From IMG/VR virus record IMGVR_UViG_637000261_000001: a stretch of DNA of 21,672 bases; one strand, written 5' to 3'. A program made the position numbers and the translations under genes. This stretch comes from a virus (lineage: Duplodnaviria > Heunggongvirae > Uroviricota > Caudoviricetes). Below are positions 11,591-19,860 of the stretch, piece after piece. The notes under the pieces were generated by a model. The model was not told where the DNA came from, made no database searches, and saw only the letters and a program-made list of their open reading frames with translations. The number at the start of each line of letters is the position of its first letter. Position 1 is the first letter of the stretch.

Positions 11591-11620
11591 AAATGTCATG
11601 GCCGGATTATAAAAACGGCC

Positions 11621-13213
11621 ATGAATCAAAAATACCTCATTCGCATTGCAGAACTGGAATGCCAGCTCCGTCAGAAAGACCAGCAACTGAGTCTGGTTGA
11701 AGAGACGGAGGCCTTCCTGCGCTCTGCACTGGCCCGCGCCGAAGAAAAGATCGAAGAAGATGAACGGGAAATAGAACATCTGCGGGCTCAGATAGAAAAA
11801 CTGCGCCGGATGCTGTTCGGTACCCGTTCTGAAAAACTGCGTCGTGAAGTTGAACAGGCTGAGGCCCTGCTGAAACAACGCGAACAGGACAGTGATCGTT
11901 ACAGTGGGCGGGAAGACGATCCGCAGGTTCCCCGCCAGTTGCGACAGTCTCGTCATCGTCGCCCGTTACCGGAGCATCTGCCCCGCGAAATAAATCGCCT
12001 GGAGCCAGAAGAAAGCTGTTGCCCGGAGTGTGGCGGTGAGCTGGATTATCTGGGGGAAGTCAGCGCAGAACAACTGGAACTGGTGAGCAGCGCTCTGAAA
12101 GTGATCCGCACAGAACGGGTAAAAAAAGCCTGTACAAAATGTGACTGAATCGTTGAAGCACCGGCACCATCCCGTCCGATAGAGCGTGGTATCGCGGGCC
12201 CGGGGTTACTTGCCCGCGTGTTAACGGGAAAATACTGCGAACACCTGCCACTGTATCGTCAGAGTGAAATTTTTGCCCGTCAGGGTGTCGAACTGAGCCG
12301 TGCATTACTCTCCAACTTGGTTGACGCGTGCTGCCAGTTAATGACGCCGCTGAATGATGCTCTGTACCGTTATGTAATGAACAGCCGCAAAGTTCACACT
12401 GATGACACACCAGTAAAAGTGCTGGCACCGGGCAGGAAGAAGGCGAAAACAGGATATATCTGGACGTATGTCCGGGATGACAGGAATGCCGGTTCGCCAG
12501 AGCCTCCGGCGGTCTGGTTCGCCTACTCACCGGACCATCAGGGTAAACATCCGGAGCAGCACCTTAGTCCCTTCCGGGGTATCCTGCAGGCAGATGCGTT
12601 TAATGGTTACGATCGGCTGTTCAGTGCCGAACGAGAAGGCGGCGCGTTGACGGAAGCAGGATGCTGGGCTCATGCGCGGCGCAAAGTCCACGATGTATAT
12701 ATCAGTACCAAAAGCGCGACAGCGGAAGAAGCCCTGAAACTAATCGGTGAGCTGTACGCCATCGAGCACGAAATACGCGGGTTGCCGGTGTCTGAACGCC
12801 TGGCGGTCAGGCAAATGCAGAGTAAACCGCTACTGACTTCCCTGTATAAGCTGATGCAGGAGAAAGAACACACGTTATCGAAAAAATGCCGTCTGAGAGA
12901 TGCGTTCCGGTATATCAGGAAGCACTGGGTTGCGTTGTGCAACTTCAGTGATGATGGTCTGGCTGAGGCGGATAATAATGCCGCGGAAAGAGCGCTTCGT
13001 GCAGTCTGTCTCGGAAAGAAAAACTTTATGTTCTTCGGCAGCGATCACGGTGGAGAGCGTGGTGCGCTACTGTACGGGCTGATCGGCACCTGCCGACTGA
13101 ACGGTATCGATCCGGAAGCGTATCTGCGCTATATCCTGAGCGTACTGCCGGAATGGCCTTCCAACCGTGTTGACGAACTCCTGCCATGGAACGTAGCACT
13201 CACCAATAAATAA
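11621..13213 (+). pseudogene. IS66-family transposase TnpC interrupted by an in-frame TGA at 12146..12148
   Basis: The track splits it into 11621..12148 and 12218..13213, but the frame is continuous across the stop (...CTKCD-stop-IVEAPAPSRPIERGIAGPGLLARVLTGKYCEHLPLYRQ...). Confidence 0.8.
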
Positions 13214-13243
13214 GCGTCAATACGGTGCTCCGTTGACGCTTAC

Positions 13244-13988
13244 CCATGATACTGATGTAGTCACGCTTTATCGTTTTCACGAAGCTCTCTGCTATTCCGT
13301 TACTCTCCGGACTCCGCACCGCCGTGTTCTTCGGTTCAAGTCCCAACATCCGGGCGAACTGGCGTGTTTCATTAGCCCGGTAGCATGAACCATTATCCGT
13401 CAGCCACTCCACTGGAGACGACGGAAGATCGTTGCCGAAGCGGCGTTCCACCGCACCCAGCATGACGTCCAGTACTGTTTCACTGTTGAAGCCGCCGGTA
13501 GTCACCGCCCAGTGCAGTGCCTCACGATCACAGCAGTCCAGCGCGAACGTGACACGCAGTCTCTCTCCGTTATCACAGCAGAACTCGAACCCGTCAGAGC
13601 ACCATCGCTGATTGCTTTCTTTCACGGCCACTCTGCCTGTATGTGCCCGTTTCGATGGCGGTACAGCAGGTTTTCGCTCAAGCAACAGCGCATTCTGGCG
13701 CATGATCCGGTAAACACGTTTGGCATTGATCGCAGGCATACCATCAAGTTCTGCCTGTCTGCGAAGCAGCGCCCATACCCGACGATAACCATACGTGGGC
13801 AGCTCTCCGATAACATGGTGTATACGGAGAAGCACATCCGTATCATCAGTGTGACGACTGCGGCGGCCATCCATCCAGTCATCGGTTCGTCTGAGAATGA
13901 CGTGCAACTGCGCACGCGACACCCGGAGACAACGGCTGACTAAGCTTACTCCCCATCCCCGGGCAATAAGGGCGCGTGCGCTATCCAC
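13244..13988 (-). pseudogene. insD: IS2 InsD (OrfB transposase), C-terminally truncated
   Basis: [34 protein letters not shown]...KRDYISIM, then unrelated residues read from IS66 sequence. Confidence 0.85.
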
Positions 13989-14311
13989 TTTTTTGCCCGT
14001 CCATATTCAACGGCTTCTTTGAGGAGTTCATTTTCCATCGTTTTCTTGCCGAGCAGGCGCTGGAGTTCTTTAATCTGCTTCATGGCGGCAGCAAGTTCAG
14101 AGGCAGGAACAACCTGTTCTCCGGCGGCCACAGCAGTAAGACTTCCTTCCTGGTATTGCTTACGCCAGAGAAATAACTGGCTGGCTGCTACACCATGTTG
14201 CCGGGCAACGAGGGAGACCGTCATCCCCGGTTCAAAGCTCTGCTGAACAATTGCGATCTTTTCCTGTGTGGTACGCCGTCTGCGTTTCTCCGGCCCTAAG
14301 ACATCAATCAT
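13946..14311 (-). CDS. insC: IS2 InsC (OrfA)
   Basis: [56 protein letters not shown]...; the track ORF begins 15 codons upstream inside the IS2 leader. Confidence 0.9.
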
Positions 14312-14401
14312 CTGTACTCCAATGACTAGTCTAAAAACTAGTATTAAGACTATCACTTATTTAAGTGATACTGGTTGTCTGGAGATTCAGGGGCCAGTCT
14401 A

Positions 14402-14727
14402 ATCAGGCACCGTTTTACAACGGAAAATCGGATACCCGGACTGTTGACCTGTCTGATGCTGTATACCGGCGGCTGATACTGATGAAAGCCATGTCGAACA
14501 TTACTGACTGTTCCGTTCCGGATATTAACCGGATGCTGAGATTTATGTTCGGAAAAAAACGGCGAGCTTATGTTCTGAATAATGGTGGGCTGAGGATGAG
14601 TTACATCTTTGAGTCCGCGCTCTCGTTGGCAGAACTGGCGATTATCCAGTCGTCGGGTGCACTGCCGTCCCCGCCGGGTGTTTATGTTTCAGTAGTTTTA
14701 AAGGAGTCCCGTAATGAAGGCCAGTGA
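14402..14727 (+). pseudogene. C-terminal fragment of a phage tail/baseplate gene preceding the tail fiber gene, truncated by IS2
   Basis: Open frame continues out of the IS2 end and overlaps the tail fiber start by 14 nt; function inferred from position only. Confidence 0.3.
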
Positions 14728-16099
14728 TAAACCCCGCCAGCTGGCGGTCCCCTTTGCGAGTACCGGAGATAAAAACCGTATCCCGGACAAGGCGACACAG
14801 CAGACCAGAGAGAGCGGTAATGCTGCGTATGATTCAGGTTTTCCTCCGGTGACCATGACAGCGGTCTCAGCGGGAGGTATACCGCCACACGGCAAGGATT
14901 TTAACGGTCTGATGTACGATATTACCGCAGCAATACGGTTCGCCCAGGCTGGCGGTTTGTACACGTATAATGCCGGTTTTGCGGGGGCCATTGGTGGATA
15001 TGCAAAAGGAGCCATTCTCGCCGGAGTCGCAACAACAGCGGTCTGGCTGAATACCACAGACGATAACCTGACCGATCCTGAAGGCTCCGACAGTGCGGGC
15101 TGGGTAAATCTTCTTGAGGATCCGAAAAGGATATTCCTGCGGCAGAAGAACAATCTGTCAGACCTTCAGAATAAAGGGACGGTACGGGATAATCTTCAGG
15201 TTTACAGTAAAGAGCAGTCAGATCAACGCTATGTTCATCGGGAAGGCGATAAAATAACCGGAGAGCTGAAAATCCGTGGTGTTAATGCGCTGAGGATTTT
15301 CAACGAAGCTTTTGGCCTGATTTTTCGTCGTTCGGAAGAGTGCCTGCACCTTATTCCCACCAGTGAAGGTCAGGGGGAAAATGGCGATATTGGTCCCCTG
15401 CGCCCGTTCACCATTAATTTGCGGACGGGTGAAATATCCATGTCGCATAAAGTGTCTGTTGGCGGTGGTTCGCAGGTCAATGGTGCGCTGGGTATCGGCG
15501 TTCAGAACGCCCTGGGGGGGAATTCAATTGTTCTTGGTGATAATGACACCGGATTTAAACAGAATGGAGACGGTATTCTGGATGTTTATGCTAATAGTCA
15601 GCGTGTATTCCGCTTTCAGAATGGAGTGGCTATTGCTTTTAAGAATATTCAGGCCGGAACTGCCAGAAAATTCACGTTATCCAGCGCCAACAACTCCACG
15701 AAAAATGCAGCGTTTTATTTGTGGGGTAATCCATCCAGGTCTGTTGTTGCAGAGCTTGGCGATGATTCAGGCTGGCATTTTTTCAGCCAGAGGAATACAG
15801 ATAACAGCATCACGTTCGCCGTAAACGGACAGGTAATTCCGTTAAATTACGGAAACTTCGATGCCCGCTATAAATATCGAACAGAGGGGGTACAGGATGT
15901 ACGGTATGGCCATGAAATGTATTACAGCCCCGGCAGTAACACCGTTTCGTGGAGATTTCGCGCACCTTCGGGACACGGGCTGTCAGGGATAGCGATATCG
16001 GATACCGGCCGTGACTCAGCGGATAACGTCAACGGCGTGTATTACCGCCCGCTTCAGAAACTGATTAATGGCACCTGGTATAACGTGGCGAGTGTTTAA
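14714..16099 (+). CDS. Phage tail fiber protein (461 aa)
   Basis: Strong RBS AAGGAG 8 nt upstream; N-terminal ...[17 protein letters not shown]... motif typical of tail fiber proteins; Gly/Asn-rich C-terminal region; followed directly by a tail fiber assembly gene. Confidence 0.6.
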   Translation: MKASDKPRQLAVPFASTGDKNRIPDKATQQTRESGNAAYDSGFPPVTMTAVSAGGIPPHGKDFNGLMYDITAAIRFAQAGGLYTYNAGFAGAIGGYAKGAILAGVATTAVWLNTTDDNLTDPEGSDSAGWVNLLEDPKRIFLRQKNNLSDLQNKGTVRDNLQVYSKEQSDQRYVHREGDKITGELKIRGVNALRIFNEAFGLIFRRSEECLHLIPTSEGQGENGDIGPLRPFTINLRTGEISMSHKVSVGGGSQVNGALGIGVQNALGGNSIVLGDNDTGFKQNGDGILDVYANSQRVFRFQNGVAIAFKNIQAGTARKFTLSSANNSTKNAAFYLWGNPSRSVVAELGDDSGWHFFSQRNTDNSITFAVNGQVIPLNYGNFDARYKYRTEGVQDVRYGHEMYYSPGSNTVSWRFRAPSGHGLSGIAISDTGRDSADNVNGVYYRPLQKLINGTWYNVASV

Positions 16100-16101
16100 C
16101 A

Positions 16102-16647
16102 ATGTTGCATTTAAAAAATATTACTGCGGGCAATCCGAAAACCGTGGAACAATATCAGCTGACAAAACAATATGATGTCACCTGGCTTTTTTCGAAAGAC
16201 GGAAAAAACTGGTATGAAGAGCTGAAGAATTTCGCCAGCGACACAATTAAAATAACTTACACCGGAGACGGTCGCGTGGTGTGGGTCGGTAAGGATGTGA
16301 CTGGCATTGAACCCCGTAACGCCAGTGTTATTGAAGTTCCTGATATTACCGCCAACCGCCGCATTACCGCGCCGGGTTACTGGTTTTACCGCAATGATGA
16401 ATTTGTCTTTGACTACAGACTCAAAGCGGAAGATGAGCGTGATGCCCTTCTGGCTCAGGTCAGTGCCCGGACAGGGGAATGGGAAGAAGACCTGCTGCTG
16501 GGGCTAATCAGCGACGAAGACCGGGAAAAACTGAAAGCGTACCGCATTTACGCGAAATCGCTGCAGGCGATGGATTTCAGTGTCATCACTGATAAAACCT
16601 CATACAACGCCATTGAATGGCCCGCCTCTCCGGAAATTTCTTCCTGA
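16102..16647 (+). CDS. Tail fiber assembly protein (Tfa family)
   Basis: C-terminal ...DREKLKAYRIYAKSLQAMDFSVITDKTSYNAIEWPASPE resembles the conserved C-terminus of lambda Tfa-type chaperones. Confidence 0.65.
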   Translation: MLHLKNITAGNPKTVEQYQLTKQYDVTWLFSKDGKNWYEELKNFASDTIKITYTGDGRVVWVGKDVTGIEPRNASVIEVPDITANRRITAPGYWFYRNDEFVFDYRLKAEDERDALLAQVSARTGEWEEDLLLGLISDEDREKLKAYRIYAKSLQAMDFSVITDKTSYNAIEWPASPEISS

Positions 16648-16957
16648 TTTAATTTATCGCGAGAAAAACTATGTCTGTAGTGATATCAGGTGCGCTGACT
16701 GATGGCGCAGGTATCCCCATGTCCGGATACCATATTATTCTGAAATCCCGGGTAAACACCCCGGAAGTGGTGATGCACACTGTTGCTGATGTGATGACAG
16801 GAAACGATGGTGAATACTGTTTCCATGCGCGGACTGGAAAATATGGTGTGTATCTGAAACCGGGCTGGCACAACGAGTACAACGTTGGCGACATTGCTGT
16901 ATATGAGGACTCAATGAGGTGTACTGGCAATAGCGGACACTACCATTTGTTCTTTTT

Positions 16958-17776
16958 TTAAGCAGCCATCTGATGATATTTTTCCCTGAAGGCTGCCGGG
17001 GAGATATTCCCCAGACGAGAGTGACGACGCTGACGATTGTAGAAAATCTCAATGTATTCCCGTATTACTGAGATGGCTTCATCCCGGTTATTAAAACGAT
17101 AGTGGCTCAGGCTCTCATTTTTCAGCGTTCCCCAGAAGCTTTCCATCGGAGCGTTGTCGTAACAGTGACCTTTACGCGACATTGATGTTTTCAGACCAGA
17201 CTGCTCCTGTATGACCCGGTAATCGTATGCGCAGTACTGTGAACCTCGATCAGAGTGGTGGATTAGCCCGGCAGGTGGGCGCTGGCTCCTGAGCGCCATA
17301 AACAGGGCTTTACCTGTCAGCTCTTTTGTCATGCGCTCTCCCATGGCGTAGCCGACAATTTCGCACGTATAAACATCTTTGATGCCAGCGAGGTACAACC
17401 ATCCCTCCTGTGTGGCAACATACGTCAGGTCCGCCACCCAGACCTGATTTGGTGCTGTAGGAGCGAACGTCTGGTTCAGCAGATTTGGCGCAACTGGCAG
17501 ATTGTGGTTCGGGTTCGTAGTCGCTCTGAACTTGCGTTTCTGCTTACAGCGTAGCCTTAGCTCCTTACGAAGACGTGCCAGTCGGTCACGACCAACGATG
17601 ATGCCATTCTCTGCCAGCTCCGTCTGGAGCCGCCGGGTTCCATATGTTTCGCGAGTGCGGATATGTGCCACCTTAATCTCCAGTTTTAGCCGCTCATCAC
17701 TTTGTTTTCTGTCTGAGGGTTCATGCTGTACCCAGTTGTAATAACCGCTCCTGGATACACCAAATACCTGACACAT
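16958..17776 (-). CDS. IS600 transposase OrfB
   Basis: 272 aa MCQVFGVSRSGYYNWVQHEPSDRKQSDERLKLEIKVAHIRTRE...; DDE-type motifs HHSDRGSQY and YDNAPMES. Confidence 0.9.
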   Translation of the reverse strand: MCQVFGVSRSGYYNWVQHEPSDRKQSDERLKLEIKVAHIRTRETYGTRRLQTELAENGIIVGRDRLARLRKELRLRCKQKRKFRATTNPNHNLPVAPNLLNQTFAPTAPNQVWVADLTYVATQEGWLYLAGIKDVYTCEIVGYAMGERMTKELTGKALFMALRSQRPPAGLIHHSDRGSQYCAYDYRVIQEQSGLKTSMSRKGHCYDNAPMESFWGTLKNESLSHYRFNNRDEAISVIREYIEIFYNRQRRHSRLGNISPAAFREKYHQMAA

Positions 17777-17811
17777 CGCTTCAATGGGAAATTGTTGTCG
17801 CCATTGTTCGA

Positions 17812-18114
17812 TTAACGCGTATTTTTCAGCGACTCCTGTGCAAAATACGCTGTTGCTTTTTTTAATATATCTCGCTCAAGGCGAGCTTCATTTAACGCCT
17901 TACGCAGTTGCAGAATTTCAGATTCCAGTTCAGCCACCGTGCGGGAACCAGGAGTACCGAGCCCTTTTCTGGCGGCGGTAACCCATTGTCCTAAAGTGCC
18001 TTCAGGAAGGGATAATCGGGAAGCGCCTTCACTGATCGAAAGTTGATTTTCAAGAACCGTTCTGACAGCTTCGGCTTTGAACTCTTTAGAGTAACGTTGG
18101 TTTTTTCTGCTCAT
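17812..18114 (-). CDS. IS600 OrfA
   Basis: 100 aa; A7 run (TTAAAAAAAGC on the minus strand) near its 3' end, orfB in the -1 frame. Confidence 0.9.
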   Translation of the reverse strand: MSRKNQRYSKEFKAEAVRTVLENQLSISEGASRLSLPEGTLGQWVTAARKGLGTPGSRTVAELESEILQLRKALNEARLERDILKKATAYFAQESLKNTR

Positions 18115-19096
18115 TATTAGCTCCTTCTGATGCCATTCTATTTCAGGAAGGAGTGTCCGTTAAACTCAGGCTACCTCACAAAGCCCGGCACGCTGAATGA
18201 CTTTCTGATTGCTCCTGATGAGGGCGACCTGAAACCGGATGTCGTCAAACGCTTTGAGGAAATGGTGGTGCAGGCGCAGCAGAGCGCCGGGGCCGCAGCC
18301 GGAAACGCACAGCAGACGGCGCAGGATGTGGCGGCAGCCGCAACGGCCCGTGATGATGCACAACGTTTTGCGGAGAATGCCAGACAGGATGCAACCGTCA
18401 CAGCTGAGGACAGAAAGGCCACTGCGGAAGATGTGACAAGCACAGGAGCAAATGCAGCCGCAGCCGGACAGAGCGCACAGGATGCCGCAGGTTATGCCCG
18501 CGCAGCAGAACAGGCCAAAAATGACATTGATGCTGCGCTGACCGGCACTCTGAAAATGGCTAACCATCTGTCAGAAATCGCAGCAGCAGGCGAAAAGGCA
18601 CAACAGAAGTCCCGGGATAATCTGGGGCTGAAAAGTGCGGCCACGATGGAAGCACAGAGCGACATTTACGACCGGACAAAAGGCCGTCTGGCGATACCCG
18701 GCGCATTCGGCTTTGGGTGTGCTTTTCTGCCTGAAGATGTTATCCGTTTTGACACTAAGAGTGATTTCCTGGCCTGGGTAAGGAATGCGCTGCCAGGTGA
18801 ATATTCCGTTGCTGGCCCCTACGACATCATCATACCCGACACACGGTTTGAAGGGGTGCTCAGCATCCGGTGGACTGATGCACGCCCTGAGACAACAGAA
18901 CCGCGGTACAGAGCCAAATCCCTTACTTTTTACGGCATTAACGGCCCCATTTATCACACCCGCTACTGCTACTGGCCCATATCCAGACTGACTGACTGGG
19001 TGAAAATAAATATAACCACAGAAGATATTATTTACAGAATCGTGGCGAGCTCTGTCCGCAACAGATGGGGAGCCCCTGACATTGGCGGGCTGATTA

Positions 19097-19681
19097 TTGC
19101 TGCGTACCAGGGAGAAGCTGACGGTGATAAAGTCATCAGACTTGTCAGGGGGCAGTCATACAGAGGCTCACGACTGGGACCGGTGGGGATTTCAGTGCCC
19201 AGTACTCCCCTACACAGCCACCGCTGATGATGTCGCTCCGACGGGTCAGCAAATCTGGCAGGAACTGCAAAGCGGCAAATGGGGTGAGATAGCCCCATTC
19301 ACTGTGACACCAGAAATGCTGGAAGCGGCCAGAGAGGCCAGACGTCAGGAAATTGAAGCATGGCGCGCAGAACAGGAGGCGAAGCCGTTCACGTTTGAAT
19401 GGAACGGTCGTATCTGGAATGCTGGTCCCGACTCACTGGGCCGCCTGTCCCCGGTAGTCATGCTGGCAAAATCTGTCGCGGCACAAACACATATGGTGTG
19501 GAGCGATGCGGATAATCAGCAGGTGAAACTGTCGATGCCGGAACTGGAAGAACTGGCGGCAGCAATGGTGCAGGCGCAGGTCGATCGCAACGATGAGATT
19601 TATCGCCGTCAGCGTGAAATGAAAGAGGAGCTGAGCGGTCTGGATGATTTGGCTTCAATTCGGGCGTTTGACGTTGAGTAA
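19097..19681 (+). CDS. Tail-fiber-associated C-terminal region or assembly-type protein; probably the frameshifted continuation of stf
   Basis: Overlaps the stf frame by about 130 nt in the +1 frame with no plausible independent start or RBS; a G5 run at about 19148..19152 is a candidate indel site. Confidence 0.4.
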   Translation: MLRTREKLTVIKSSDLSGGSHTEAHDWDRWGFQCPVLPYTATADDVAPTGQQIWQELQSGKWGEIAPFTVTPEMLEAAREARRQEIEAWRAEQEAKPFTFEWNGRIWNAGPDSLGRLSPVVMLAKSVAAQTHMVWSDADNQQVKLSMPELEELAAAMVQAQVDRNDEIYRRQREMKEELSGLDDLASIRAFDVE

Positions 19682-19798
19682 TGAATAAGCCGCAACTGGC
19701 GGAATCACAGAAGACCGCTTTGCTTACCGAAGCGGAGTCTGTCATCCGGCCGCGGGGGCGTGCTGTCAGGCTGAACAGGGAAACGGATGAATCCGGGG

Positions 19799-19825
19799 AG
19801 GCCCGGGGGCGGGCCTCTGTTTTTC
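19799..19825 (+). terminator. Rho-independent terminator of the tail fiber operon (GAGGCCCG-GGGG-CGGGCCTC followed by TGTTTTT)
   Basis: 8 bp GC-rich stem followed by a T-run, seen directly; lies between the convergent tail genes and ipaH. Confidence 0.6.
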
Positions 19826-19860
19826 CGGAGTCAGTCCGGTCTGTGGTTTATGCGATGTGA

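Larger units (their letters stand above)
10738..13243 (+). mobile_element. IS66-family insertion sequence (about 2506 bp; tnpA-tnpB-tnpC)
   Basis: Imperfect terminal inverted repeats beginning GTAAGCGTAAACTGACCGCCGTAT (left) and GTAAGCGTCAACGGAGCACCGTAT (right, reverse complement), plus the three-ORF architecture. No matching 8 bp flanks. Confidence 0.85.
13244..14401 (-). mobile_element. IS2 (IS3 family), right end deleted (about 1158 of about 1331 bp) at the junction with the IS66-family element
   Basis: Left end reverse-complemented ...GGGGCCAGTCTA at 14401; insC and insD recognisable; insD runs into the IS66 repeat. Confidence 0.85.
16915..18178 (-). mobile_element. IS600 copy 2 (complete, 1264 bp) inserted in stf with 3 bp target duplication CAA
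   Basis: Termini TGAGGT...ACCTCA; CAA at 16912..16914 and 18179..18181. Confidence 0.9.
16671..19227 (+). pseudogene. stf: Lambda Stf-like side tail fiber gene interrupted by IS600 (N part 16671..16914, C part 18179..19227)
   Basis: N part MSVVISGALTDGAGIP...VYEDS and C part KPGTLNDFLIAPDEGDLKPDVVKRFEEMVV... rejoin in frame as VYEDSKPGTLNDFL, which parallels lambda Stf VYEDSQPGTLNDFL; Ala-rich repeat region follows. Confidence 0.75.

Noticed and set aside
12146-12148. TGA in tnpC as a selenocysteine or programmed read-through codon
   Set aside because: No SECIS-like stem-loop immediately downstream, and IS66-family transposases are not known selenoproteins; a nonsense mutation is the simpler explanation.
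11255-12530. Long antisense ORFs 11255..11956 and 12060..12530 within the IS66-family element
   Set aside because: They lie antisense to tnpB/tnpC, have no RBS or recognisable domains, and are most simply explained as chance open frames opposite coding sequence.
15363-15824. ORF 15363..15824 (153 aa) and 14698..15153 (minus strand) overlapping the tail fiber gene
   Set aside because: Embedded in alternate frames of a well-supported 461 aa tail fiber ORF; no independent start signals.
18166-18567. Cys-rich minus-strand ORFs 18166..18567 and 18171..18443 opposite the stf Ala-rich region
   Set aside because: Products of reading the antisense strand of a GCN-rich repeat region; low complexity, no start context.
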